Part shown: positions 10,865 to 19,341 of the stretch, piece by piece
Numbering within the stretch: position 1 is the first letter of the stretch
Layout: every line of letters begins with the position of its first letter
NCBI GenBank assembly: GCA_964352775.1
Contig: CAYGTK010000002.1
Coordinates: 1 to 60,810 of the forward strand
DNA length: 60,810 nucleotides
DNA from: an uncultured Chitinophagaceae bacterium
GTDB lineage: Bacteria > Bacteroidota > Bacteroidia > Chitinophagales > CAIOSU01
Direction of reading: 5' to 3'
The notes under the pieces: model-generated
The model's database searches: none
What the model saw: only the letters and a program-made list of their open reading frames with translations
Told to the model about the DNA's origin: nothing
Made by a program: the position numbers and the translations under genes

Positions 10865-10977
10865 TCAACTCCTGTTTAGTTATCGCAAAGGTATCAACCA
10901 AATAATGGGCAGCCAAAGAATTTGTTCACTTTGATGCTATTTAGATAACATCTAAATAAGCGCTGTAATTCAAGAGA

Positions 10978-11559
10978 TTAAGCGAAGAGTTTGGCCTCTA
11001 CCAATTGGCAGATAATATGGCCAAAAAGCATGTGTACCTCTTGTATACGTGGGGTATCAGCACTTGGCACTTTAATTAGGTGATCGCAATGTATATCCAT
11101 TTCACCTACTTTACTACCCGTGAAACCGATAGTTATCATCCCTAAGTCACGCCCTGTTTCCATGGCTTTAACCACATTAGGCGAGTTTCCCGACGTTGAT
11201 AAGCCCACCAAAATGTCACCTTGGCGGCCCATGGCCTGAACTAAACGGGCATAAACTTCATCGTATCCATGATCATTTGCCGTAGCTGTTAGGTAAGAGG
11301 TATTTACATGTAATGCTTCTGCAAATAGTGGTTCTCGGTCAATATAAAACCTGCCTGATAATTCTGCTGCAATATGCTGTGCATCGGCAGCACTACCACC
11401 ATTTCCACAGAACAGCACTTTACCCTCTCTTTCAAATGTGCTTACGAATAGATCAACCACAGCATTAACTGTGTTCGTCATTCCTTCATCAGCCAGCACT
11501 TCCTGCTTAAGGCTAATGCTAGACTTAATGAGTTCTTGTATTTCGGCTTTGCTGCTCAT
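10978..11559 (-). CDS. gmhA: D-sedoheptulose-7-phosphate isomerase (SIS domain)
   Basis: GNGGSAADAQHIAAEL and STSGNSPNV motifs, 193 aa. Confidence 0.85.
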   Translation of the reverse strand: MSSKAEIQELIKSSISLKQEVLADEGMTNTVNAVVDLFVSTFEREGKVLFCGNGGSAADAQHIAAELSGRFYIDREPLFAEALHVNTSYLTATANDHGYDEVYARLVQAMGRQGDILVGLSTSGNSPNVVKAMETGRDLGMITIGFTGSKVGEMDIHCDHLIKVPSADTPRIQEVHMLFGHIICQLVEAKLFA

Positions 11560-12552
11560 TTAGCTGGGGTATTCGTTCACATCGTTCTCGCGTTTTAAAA
11601 TTACGCGTTTCGTGTATTCTTGTATAAAGCCAACTCCGTAGGCCAGCAATTGTATGTAAGAAGTAGCTATACTGAGCAGTCCGATATGCACACTACCATT
11701 TAAGAATGTAGAATGGATGAATACCGAAACCGTAAACAGCATCAAGAAAACAGAATACGCCCCACCTATCCAAACATTGAACATGGATAGTATAAACCCA
11801 CCAACAATACCCACTAAGAACATAGCGGGTAGAAAGTGTACCAACTTCAACTCACTTCTATAATAGGTAAAGATGTTTATCCTAGCTCTTCCAAAAAACT
11901 TTAGCTGATTCCAGTATCGACGCAGGTCTGTTCTTCGTTTGTGATATACTTTGGCTTCTTCTATAAATCCTATTTTGAAGCCTAATTCTAGAATACGGAT
12001 GCTCAATAGAATATCCTCGCCCATGCGGGTAATGGGAAAGCCTTTAGTAGTTTCAAATACTTCTCGTGATAGGCCTAAATTGAAACTACGTGGATGGTAT
12101 ACACCTAAATGCTTCTTTTTACCACGAATACCTCCCGTAGTTAGTGGAGAAGTCATGGCGTAATTAATGGCCTTTTGTACTGGGGTAAAGGTTGGTAAGG
12201 CAGCATCAGGTCCACCATAGCAGTCGTACTTATGCTCTTTCAATTCTCGGTCTACTATCTGCATGTAGTCATCTGGAATAATGCAGTCCGAATCGAAAAT
12301 AATAAAGTAATCTCCTTTAGCACGTTCCATGCCGTAATTACGGGTAAAACCTTGTCCGCTATTGGGTTTAAAATAGTAGTGAACATCAAGCTTCTCCTTG
12401 AACTTATCCACTTCCTCTTCTCCTTTTATGGTAGAACCATCTTCAATTACCAGTACTTCGAAATTGGTATAAGTCTGTCGTTCCAGACTTTCCAATAGCT
12501 CTCGAATTTCATCGGGACGATTATAAAGTGGGACTATGATGGAGTAGAACAT
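11560..12552 (-). CDS. family 2 glycosyltransferase with C-terminal TM helices
   Basis: YSIIVPLYNR...FEVLVIEDGS...FDSD GT-A motifs and a hydrophobic C-terminus. Its ATG overlaps the stop of the upstream gene. Confidence 0.8.
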   Translation of the reverse strand: MFYSIIVPLYNRPDEIRELLESLERQTYTNFEVLVIEDGSTIKGEEEVDKFKEKLDVHYYFKPNSGQGFTRNYGMERAKGDYFIIFDSDCIIPDDYMQIVDRELKEHKYDCYGGPDAALPTFTPVQKAINYAMTSPLTTGGIRGKKKHLGVYHPRSFNLGLSREVFETTKGFPITRMGEDILLSIRILELGFKIGFIEEAKVYHKRRTDLRRYWNQLKFFGRARINIFTYYRSELKLVHFLPAMFLVGIVGGFILSMFNVWIGGAYSVFLMLFTVSVFIHSTFLNGSVHIGLLSIATSYIQLLAYGVGFIQEYTKRVILKRENDVNEYPS

Positions 12553-13520
12553 CAGTCGTTCAACCGAAGTCGTTTTGATACGAGATAGGTATTTCTATCA
12601 GGAGAATTCCGTGAAATAAGCTCTCCTAAAAAGCCTGCTAAAAACAACTGTACGCCAGCTACTACTGCCACTAATGCTAAGTAAAATAAAGGTTGGTCGA
12701 CCACATCGCGCGCAACTGTTTTACTGGCAATTCGGTACAGTTTTTCGGCTATTAGGTAAATAGTAACGCCACCACCCAAGAAGAACGATAAAGCACCAAT
12801 AGTACCAAAAAGGTGCATAGGGCTTTTACCGAAACGGGTTACAAAGGTGATAGACAATAGATCTAAAAAACCAAAAACGAAGCGCTCTAGTCCAAACTTG
12901 GTTACGCCGTATTTACGCTCTTGGTGTTGAACAACTTTCTCACCGATATTCCCGAAACCTGCTCGGCGAGCTATAACGGGTATGTAACGATGCATTTCGC
13001 CGTACACTTCTATGCTGTGCACTACATCGCCTTTATAGGCTTTTAGCCCACAGTTCATATCGTGTAGCTTAATACCTGTGATAACACCCGTAGTATAATT
13101 ATATAGTTTTGATGGAACGCGCTTGGTCAATGCAGGATCAAAACGCTTTTTCTTCCAGCCCGACACCAGGTCGTAACCGTCTTCCATTATCATTTTGTAT
13201 AAACCAGGAACTTCCTCAGGGCTATCTTGTAGGTCAGCATCCATGGTAATTACCACGTCACCACTAGTAGCGTGGAAACCTTCATTTAAGGCTGCTGACT
13301 TACCATAATTTCTGCGGAAGCGGATACCTTTTACGCGGTCGTCTTTCTCTGAAAGTTCTTCTACTATTTTCCAGCTATTGTCTTTACTTCCATCATCTAC
13401 AAATATCATTTCGAAGCTCTTGTTCATAGGCTCGATGGAGCGACAGATCCAACTGTGCAACTCACGAAGCGATTCTTCTTCGTTAAATAATGGTATGACG
13501 ATAGATATGTCCAAACTCAT
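12552..13520 (-). CDS. family 2 glycosyltransferase, polyprenyl-phosphate sugar transferase type (GtrB/DPM1-like)
   Basis: ISIVIPLFNEEES, VDDGSKD and MDADLQD motifs, with two C-terminal TM helices. Confidence 0.8.
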   Translation of the reverse strand: MSLDISIVIPLFNEEESLRELHSWICRSIEPMNKSFEMIFVDDGSKDNSWKIVEELSEKDDRVKGIRFRRNYGKSAALNEGFHATSGDVVITMDADLQDSPEEVPGLYKMIMEDGYDLVSGWKKKRFDPALTKRVPSKLYNYTTGVITGIKLHDMNCGLKAYKGDVVHSIEVYGEMHRYIPVIARRAGFGNIGEKVVQHQERKYGVTKFGLERFVFGFLDLLSITFVTRFGKSPMHLFGTIGALSFFLGGGVTIYLIAEKLYRIASKTVARDVVDQPLFYLALVAVVAGVQLFLAGFLGELISRNSPDRNTYLVSKRLRLND

Positions 13521-14089
13521 TCTTGTTCTTTTGGCCTGAAGCCGAATAGCACAATAGTAGCAATTATTAATGAATAGATAAATGCGGGTAATAAACTCTT
13601 TACATACTCATGAAACCATCTCTGGATAGAGTAACTGTAATCTAGCTCTGCTAATTCTTCTTTTTTCACCTCAATATCATAATCCAAAGCACCAGCATAT
13701 TCCATACGTTTCACCTCAAGGCTGGTGTTCTCTATTTTGGCTAACTCTTGTAATTGTGGATCGACATAGTTCATCATAAGCACGTGGAAATTATTCCACA
13801 GCAGCATCGCTATAATTGAACTAAGAAAGATGGGCTTAATTATATTCCTAATGCTTGAACGATCACCTCCTTGCTTTATATACAGCCACGCCGTAAGCGC
13901 CTGCATAACAAGTATAGGAAGCAAAACAAGCACATTAAGTACTGGTAACGGCATAGGCCCAATGGCCAACACCCCTACCAACCACTGCTTGTCAATAAAA
14001 TACAAGATGAGATAGAAGGTTATTGCAGCCAAACCACCATACAGCCCCATACGTAGGCCTAAACTTGTTGAGTTCGAACTATCGCTCAT
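13517..14089 (-). CDS. small multi-pass membrane protein (DUF4199-like)
   Basis: 190 aa with four hydrophobic helices. It overlaps both neighbouring genes, which fits translational coupling. The family assignment is from memory only. Confidence 0.5.
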   Translation of the reverse strand: MSDSSNSTSLGLRMGLYGGLAAITFYLILYFIDKQWLVGVLAIGPMPLPVLNVLVLLPILVMQALTAWLYIKQGGDRSSIRNIIKPIFLSSIIAMLLWNNFHVLMMNYVDPQLQELAKIENTSLEVKRMEYAGALDYDIEVKKEELAELDYSYSIQRWFHEYVKSLLPAFIYSLIIATIVLFGFRPKEQE

Positions 14090-15360
14090 CAGTCGTTCAA
14101 GTGTATTTGGTTACGGTGGATGCTTCCTATTACTTTGCCTGTATAGGTAGCTCCAAAAGCTGGATAGTTAGCCGACTTAGAACGATTATCTTCTTTGTTG
14201 AAGGTCCATTCCACTGAAGGGTCAAAAAGTGTAAGGTCCGCTTCTACGCCTTCTTCTATTGTAGTTTCGGGCAGGTTCAATATTTCTCTTGGCTTAGTGC
14301 TTAGTTTATCTACTATCACCTCTTGGCCCAATTGCTTTCCGGCTACTTCGTTTACCAGCGCATAAGTAGTTTGCAGACCTATCATCCCAAAATCAGCCGT
14401 ATCAAATTCTCGTTCTTTCGATTCAATATCTTGCGGAAGGTGGAAGCTGGCAATAGTATCAATAGTTCCATCTTTCAATCCTGCTATCAATTTCTTGATA
14501 GTTGCTTTGTCACGAAGTGGGGGAAGGACTTTGTAATTGGTATCGTATTCACCCAACACCTCTTCATCCCATGCTAGAAGATAGGCTGGTATAGAGCAAC
14601 TTACTTGCTGCCCCGTCTTTTTGGCTTTCTTTATTAGGTCCACACTTTCAATGGCTGAAATATAACCGAAGTGCAACCTTGAGTCAGTATATTGTAATAG
14701 GTCTAGGTCACGTTTCACCACAATGGTCTCTCCCAGTTCGGGAATACCTTTCATACCTAAAAGTGTACTCATTTCGCCTTCATTCATTTGTCCACTTATG
14801 CGGAGACTATGGTCATCGGGCATGGTGATGAGCAATCCATTAAAGGGTTTTACATATTGTAAGCTGCGAAGGGTTAAACCCGCACTTAATCCACTTTCCA
14901 CGCCATCGCTAAAGGCTATCGCCCCGCTATTGCGCATATCGTATATCTCGGTTATCTCTTCACCCTTAGCATGCAAGCTTACCGCACCTATGGGGTGAAC
15001 GGCAGTAAGTGTATCACGAGTTTTATTCAGAATGTATTCTACCTGCGATTTTGAATCTACCACTGGCTCAGTATTCGGCATGGTGCATACATGCGTGAAG
15101 CCACCCGCTGCTGCCGCCGCCGTTCCTGAAAGCAAGTCTTCTTTATGTTCCAGACCTGGGTCGTTGAACTGGCTGACCATATCTACCCAACCAAGGGAAA
15201 CATGTAGCTGCTTACTTTTCACTTCTTTATACTTCTTGGGGTTGGCTATTTTGGCACCTATCTTGGTAATTATACCGCGTTCTATCAACAGATCTTTACG
15301 GGTCAAATGATAAGCCGAGCGGGGATCGATGATGGTGGCTGAACGGATCAGATAGTTCAT
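14089..15360 (-). CDS. dihydroorotase-like amidohydrolase-fold protein, probably non-catalytic
   Basis: DHOase-like length and the MPNTEPVVD and AFSDG segments are present. The HxH metal motif is replaced (VDMVSQFNDPG) and the ATDHAPH Asp/His region reads ASFHLPQ. Confidence 0.7.
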   Translation of the reverse strand: MNYLIRSATIIDPRSAYHLTRKDLLIERGIITKIGAKIANPKKYKEVKSKQLHVSLGWVDMVSQFNDPGLEHKEDLLSGTAAAAAGGFTHVCTMPNTEPVVDSKSQVEYILNKTRDTLTAVHPIGAVSLHAKGEEITEIYDMRNSGAIAFSDGVESGLSAGLTLRSLQYVKPFNGLLITMPDDHSLRISGQMNEGEMSTLLGMKGIPELGETIVVKRDLDLLQYTDSRLHFGYISAIESVDLIKKAKKTGQQVSCSIPAYLLAWDEEVLGEYDTNYKVLPPLRDKATIKKLIAGLKDGTIDTIASFHLPQDIESKEREFDTADFGMIGLQTTYALVNEVAGKQLGQEVIVDKLSTKPREILNLPETTIEEGVEADLTLFDPSVEWTFNKEDNRSKSANYPAFGATYTGKVIGSIHRNQIHLND

Positions 15361-15381
15361 GATCTAATTTTGGTTAAGCAA

Positions 15382-17406
15382 TTAAGGCCAAAACCGCAGT
15401 AGCAGTACCTCTATCGCCAAAAATAGCAGTGCAAAAATAAGACAAAGTTTCCATAGCACTATTCCCTTGTCTAGCTCTTTCACCTTTGCACCTAAGTCAG
15501 CCTTAAGTACATCCAGCACCCTCAAGTTTTCGCTAGCGAAAGTATTGGTCAATTCTTCCGCACTAAAGTATTCCAGAACTGATTCAGCCCTGTTGTAATT
15601 CAAGGCCAATTGCTGCATTACAGCACCCTTATCGTCTACTACCTGGTAGTGCCCGCTGCGTTCAAATTGCTTACCTATTGATACTTGCATTTTGGAACCA
15701 ACACGACGCTGCTCTGGAATAAACTCTAATTCTTTACCAGTAATTCTTACTACCTCTTCGGCATTAGCTGTGGCTTGTTTTACCTCAATAATATCATCTA
15801 CCCCAAGTGTGAATGCAGGCTTACTGTACGTACCACCTGATAAGGCCATTTTATACATTAGCGGAACAAAAAGGGCGTGAACGGGAAGATCGGTATACTC
15901 TTTATCTAAAGGCGAAGCACATAGATACACCTTACCATTTCCGTAAGGATACTCCGCCACAAAAGGTGAACCATCGCGGAAAGCCAATATCACCTGTCCG
16001 CTAGAATTGGTGCTGCGCTGAAAAGTGAAATGCAAATTAGCCTTAGGCAGATCTATATTCCTCGGAACGCTTTCAAACACATCTTCAAAGATGGGCTGCT
16101 TATCATCTAATCGGCGAACGCGTTCTTCTTCGTCTGCTAATCCAGCAATACGGTCTAGGCCAAGCTTGGCGGCAAAAGCATTGTAACTACCGACATCCAT
16201 TTTCGCACCTGGAAATAAAGCTACTACCCCACCTTGCTCAACAAATTGCTGTAACTCAAAAGTCAATCCCGAAGGAATGGAAGCCACATTATCTAAAACT
16301 ATCATGGCATTATTACCCAATCCGCTGTAGTTCAGTTGGTCTATTTTTTGACTGCTCAACTCAAATTTCTCTGAGCTAGCATAAAGCGCTTTTAAGTAGG
16401 GAGAAAGCTCTTCTTGAAAAATGACCTGCACATCTACTTTATCAATAGCATTTACCGCCATGTAGTAATTATCATCAAACACTATTGGGTGGTCGCTCAA
16501 GTTCAGCTCTAATTGCTGCCAGCCCGACTTGCTTACCGTAAATGTTACCGTATCAATAGTAAAGGCTTTTGGTGCAACACTTACATCGGCTATAGCCTTA
16601 GTTTGCCCACCAATGTTAAGGGTCAATCGGTTGCTTTCAATATTGGTCTCTCCCGTATTACGCACTTTAACTAATAGTCGATTTGGTTGCCCAGTGTATA
16701 CCAATGGCTTTTCTAACCAAGTACTATCAATAAATACATTGTCTTGCTGCTGCGGCTGAAGAGGCACCAAATAGGTGATGGCCAGGGTGTCTATCTCCAT
16801 ATCTACCATGCTGCGCTGGTAGTCGCTTATCCAATAAAACACGCGGTTCTCAATACCCGCCGTGCTCATGTTCTGTTGCTGTAGGGCTTGTATTTCTTTT
16901 AGAGAGCGAGTGGTACTGGTCAATTTCACATCATCTAAAAAGGCCAGAAATTCTTCTTTGCCCACCATACGCTGGTGCTTGCCCTCCATGTCGTTGGTCA
17001 ACAGTTGAAAGCGGTCAGCTTCGCCGTAGGCTTTTACTATTTCCTCGGCTTTTCGCTTGGCACGTGCTAGTAATGGCTCCTCTTCGGTTTCAGCACTCAT
17101 GCTGAAGGAGTTATCAATATATACGCTTACTGCCCTATCGGTAGTGTTATCTACTGCATTATCACCCGTGGGGATAAAAGGCTGCGCAAAAGCCAACACC
17201 AAAAAAATAACCGCCAGAATACGACTGAGCAATACCAACAAATGCTTCAGTCGGTAGCGGCTAGTTGTTTCTTCTTTTACCTCTTTTAGGAACTTTACAT
17301 TGGTAAAGAATACCGTTTTGTATCGCCGGAACTGAAACAGGTGAATGATAATTGGAATGGCGATAAGACCAAGAGCCCACAAAAAAGCCGGGAACACAAA
17401 ATTCAT
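15382..17406 (-). CDS. BatA-N (aerotolerance-related N-terminal double-TM) domain membrane protein
   Basis: N-terminus MNFVFPAFLWALGLIAIPIIIHLFQFRRYKTV.F; a large extracytoplasmic region and a C-terminal TM helix. Confidence 0.7.
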   Translation of the reverse strand: MNFVFPAFLWALGLIAIPIIIHLFQFRRYKTVFFTNVKFLKEVKEETTSRYRLKHLLVLLSRILAVIFLVLAFAQPFIPTGDNAVDNTTDRAVSVYIDNSFSMSAETEEEPLLARAKRKAEEIVKAYGEADRFQLLTNDMEGKHQRMVGKEEFLAFLDDVKLTSTTRSLKEIQALQQQNMSTAGIENRVFYWISDYQRSMVDMEIDTLAITYLVPLQPQQQDNVFIDSTWLEKPLVYTGQPNRLLVKVRNTGETNIESNRLTLNIGGQTKAIADVSVAPKAFTIDTVTFTVSKSGWQQLELNLSDHPIVFDDNYYMAVNAIDKVDVQVIFQEELSPYLKALYASSEKFELSSQKIDQLNYSGLGNNAMIVLDNVASIPSGLTFELQQFVEQGGVVALFPGAKMDVGSYNAFAAKLGLDRIAGLADEEERVRRLDDKQPIFEDVFESVPRNIDLPKANLHFTFQRSTNSSGQVILAFRDGSPFVAEYPYGNGKVYLCASPLDKEYTDLPVHALFVPLMYKMALSGGTYSKPAFTLGVDDIIEVKQATANAEEVVRITGKELEFIPEQRRVGSKMQVSIGKQFERSGHYQVVDDKGAVMQQLALNYNRAESVLEYFSAEELTNTFASENLRVLDVLKADLGAKVKELDKGIVLWKLCLIFALLFLAIEVLLLRFWP

Positions 17407-17559
17407 GCGCGCAAAGTTAGCATATCCTATAACAAGATGTGGCGGTGAATATTGTTTGGAAATTGACCAATGTGCTAATTCGTAAATGTACCAATGAACA
17501 GGAGCTTATAAAATATGCTTCAAAAATCTACGGACTACAAACTATATACTATTAGCTAC

Positions 17560-18261
17560 CTACAGCATCCCCTCATCCGCAAAACTCAAATAACCGCTAT
17601 CGGTAACAATAACGTGATCTAGCACTAGCATATCTAGTAGTTGGGCGCCCTCTTTTATTTTTCGGGTAAGTTGCAGGTCGGCCTTACTGGCTTTTAGATT
17701 TCCGCTGGGGTGATTGTGCACTAATATTATTCCGCTGGTAAGTAGCTCCAATCCCTTTTTGAAAATGATACGGGCATCGGCTACTGTTCCTGCAATTCCT
17801 CCGCGGCTTATTTGTTCTTTGGCTATTACCTTGTTGGCCTTGTTCAGGTATAGCACCCAGAATTCTTCGTAGGGTAGATCGGCCAATAGCGGTTTCATTA
17901 TGCTATAAACATCGTGGCTGCCCGTTATAGCTGGCTTTTGCATCACTTCCTCCACGGCGCGTCTTCCGCCCAATTCCAGCGCGGCTATTATGGATATGGC
18001 CTTGGCCTCGCCTATTCCCTTAAATTTCATCAGGTCTTTTATGCTCAGTTTGGCTAGGGCGTTGATGTTGTTTTCTACACTATGCAATATGTCTTTTGCT
18101 AGATCTACGGCGCTTTGTTTGGGTGTGCCGCTACCAATTAATATGGCTATTAATTCGGCATCGCTTAGGCTTCGGCGGCCTTTGGCTAGTAGTTTTTCTC
18201 GCGGTCTATCTTCTTCCGCCCAGCTGGTGATGGCGCGGTGTGTGGTTGGGTATTTCTCCAT
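17560..18261 (-). CDS. radC: RadC-family JAB-domain protein (UPF0758)
   Basis: HhH motif KGIGEAKA and JAMM-like HNHPSG motif, 233 aa. Confidence 0.9.
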   Translation of the reverse strand: MEKYPTTHRAITSWAEEDRPREKLLAKGRRSLSDAELIAILIGSGTPKQSAVDLAKDILHSVENNINALAKLSIKDLMKFKGIGEAKAISIIAALELGGRRAVEEVMQKPAITGSHDVYSIMKPLLADLPYEEFWVLYLNKANKVIAKEQISRGGIAGTVADARIIFKKGLELLTSGIILVHNHPSGNLKASKADLQLTRKIKEGAQLLDMLVLDHVIVTDSGYLSFADEGML

Positions 18262-18348
18262 GGCCTGACTAAGTTAGCGAATAGATACAAGAGCCGAGAT
18301 GCTAGAAGCTAGACTTTATTTTAATTGGAGTTCAATAGTAGTTTGACT

Positions 18349-18458
18349 GTCATTCTTACTAGCTGTCACATTGAGCGTAGTCGAAATGCGACGCGCGTGG
18401 ACCGTGCTTCTGTCTTCGACTACGCTCAGACTGACAGCACTTCCCCTGTCATAATGAC
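18349..18458. repeat. long imperfect palindrome with a perfect 14-bp core stem
   Basis: TGAGCGTAGTCGAA (18372-18385) pairs with TTCGACTACGCTCA (18415-18428). The stem extends through GCTGTCA (18362-18368)/TGACAGC (18432-18438) and partly through GTCATTCTTAC/GTCATAATGAC. Confidence 0.8.
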
Positions 18459-18551
18459 TCTATGATACCCCACACAAACCAACACAAATGGCCCAAAATG
18501 GAATGTTTTGGTGCAGCTGCGGTGCACTGCCAAAAATGACCCTAGTGATAG

Positions 18552-18594
18552 CAAGGGTTTCAGGGCGGGTTTTGGCGGGTTAGGCGGGTTTTGG
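18552..18594 (+). repeat. G-tract cluster: three tandem GGCGGGTT(TT/A) units
   Basis: The sequence caaGGGtttcaGGGcGGGttttggcGGGttaggcGGGttttgg carries five GGG runs in 43 nt of an otherwise AT-rich region. Confidence 0.8.
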
Positions 18595-19032
18595 AATCCT
18601 ACTAGTAGCAAGGCATACAGCCATAGAAGGGGATATTTGCATGTATAAACCACTTTATACCAAGCACTTAATTTTCACGAAAAACACGGATACAAGCACA
18701 AATGGCTGAAAATGGGAATTTAGAGACTAGATGCTAGAAGTCAGATCACAGACTACATTGTAAATGTGCTGATGGGTGAATACGCTAATGCTAGAAGATT
18801 TCAGCTATTCAACTTTTAGTATCAAACCAACATCAGCAAATACCTGTAAAGTATAAACGTAGGTTTACACCCTAAACTCAATTCAGGCTCTGGCGAAAGA
18901 AAGTCTTGTGTTACGTGAGATACCGTTCTACAACGGTATGACGTTTTGCGGAAGGATAAACTCAACTACTGCCAACTGCGACGATAAACACTATGGACAG
19001 TCGACTATCGACCATTCCCATCAATACCAAAC

Positions 19033-19061
19033 AAAAAATCCCCTAGCCTAAGGCTAGAGGA
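19033..19061 (-). terminator. rho-independent terminator of rpsT
   Basis: On the minus strand, UCCUCUAGCC-uua-GGCUAGGGGA followed by UUUUUUGU, starting about 30 nt after the rpsT stop. Confidence 0.6.
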
Positions 19062-19089
19062 CTTCTATATAGTTTACATTACGTGCTGC

Positions 19090-19341
19090 TTACAGCGCGT
19101 TAACGAATAAGGTCAACTTACTTTTTAAGTTAGCCGCTTTGTTCTTGTGGAACTGGTTACGACGAACTTCACGGTCTATCATGCTTACTACTTTAGGTAG
19201 TTGCTCTTCCGCTGTTTTCTTTTCCTCTGTTGCACGAAGTTCGCGAATTGCGTTACGTACTGTTTTGCCATAATAACGATTAAGTAACCTGCGCTTAGCG
19301 GTTTGACGAATTCGTTTTTTAGCCGACTGATGATGTGCCAT
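19090..19341 (-). CDS. rpsT: 30S ribosomal protein S20
   Basis: MAHHQSAKKRIRQTAKRRLLNR..., 83 aa, basic. Confidence 0.95.
   Translation of the reverse strand: MAHHQSAKKRIRQTAKRRLLNRYYGKTVRNAIRELRATEEKKTAEEQLPKVVSMIDREVRRNQFHKNKAANLKSKLTLFVNAL

Noticed and set aside
10728-10934. Two overlapping 62-aa ORFs (10728..10916 minus, 10746..10934 plus) at the sdhC 5' end.
   Set aside because: They overlap the sdhC start region and promoter spacer, and they have no motifs and atypical composition. sdhC with its start at 10864 explains the coding signal.
18552-18594. A possible CRISPR array or other spaced repeat array.
   Set aside because: There are only three 8-10-nt units with no spacers of CRISPR size and no cas genes anywhere in the window. 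Nothing else in the 60 kb has repeats of 24-48 nt at regular spacing.
18426-18653. A 75-aa minus-strand ORF in the radC-rpsT spacer.
   Set aside because: It spans the G-tract repeat (giving PPNPPKPALKP) and part of the palindrome, and it has no start context or recognisable domain. It is better explained as a read-through of repeats.
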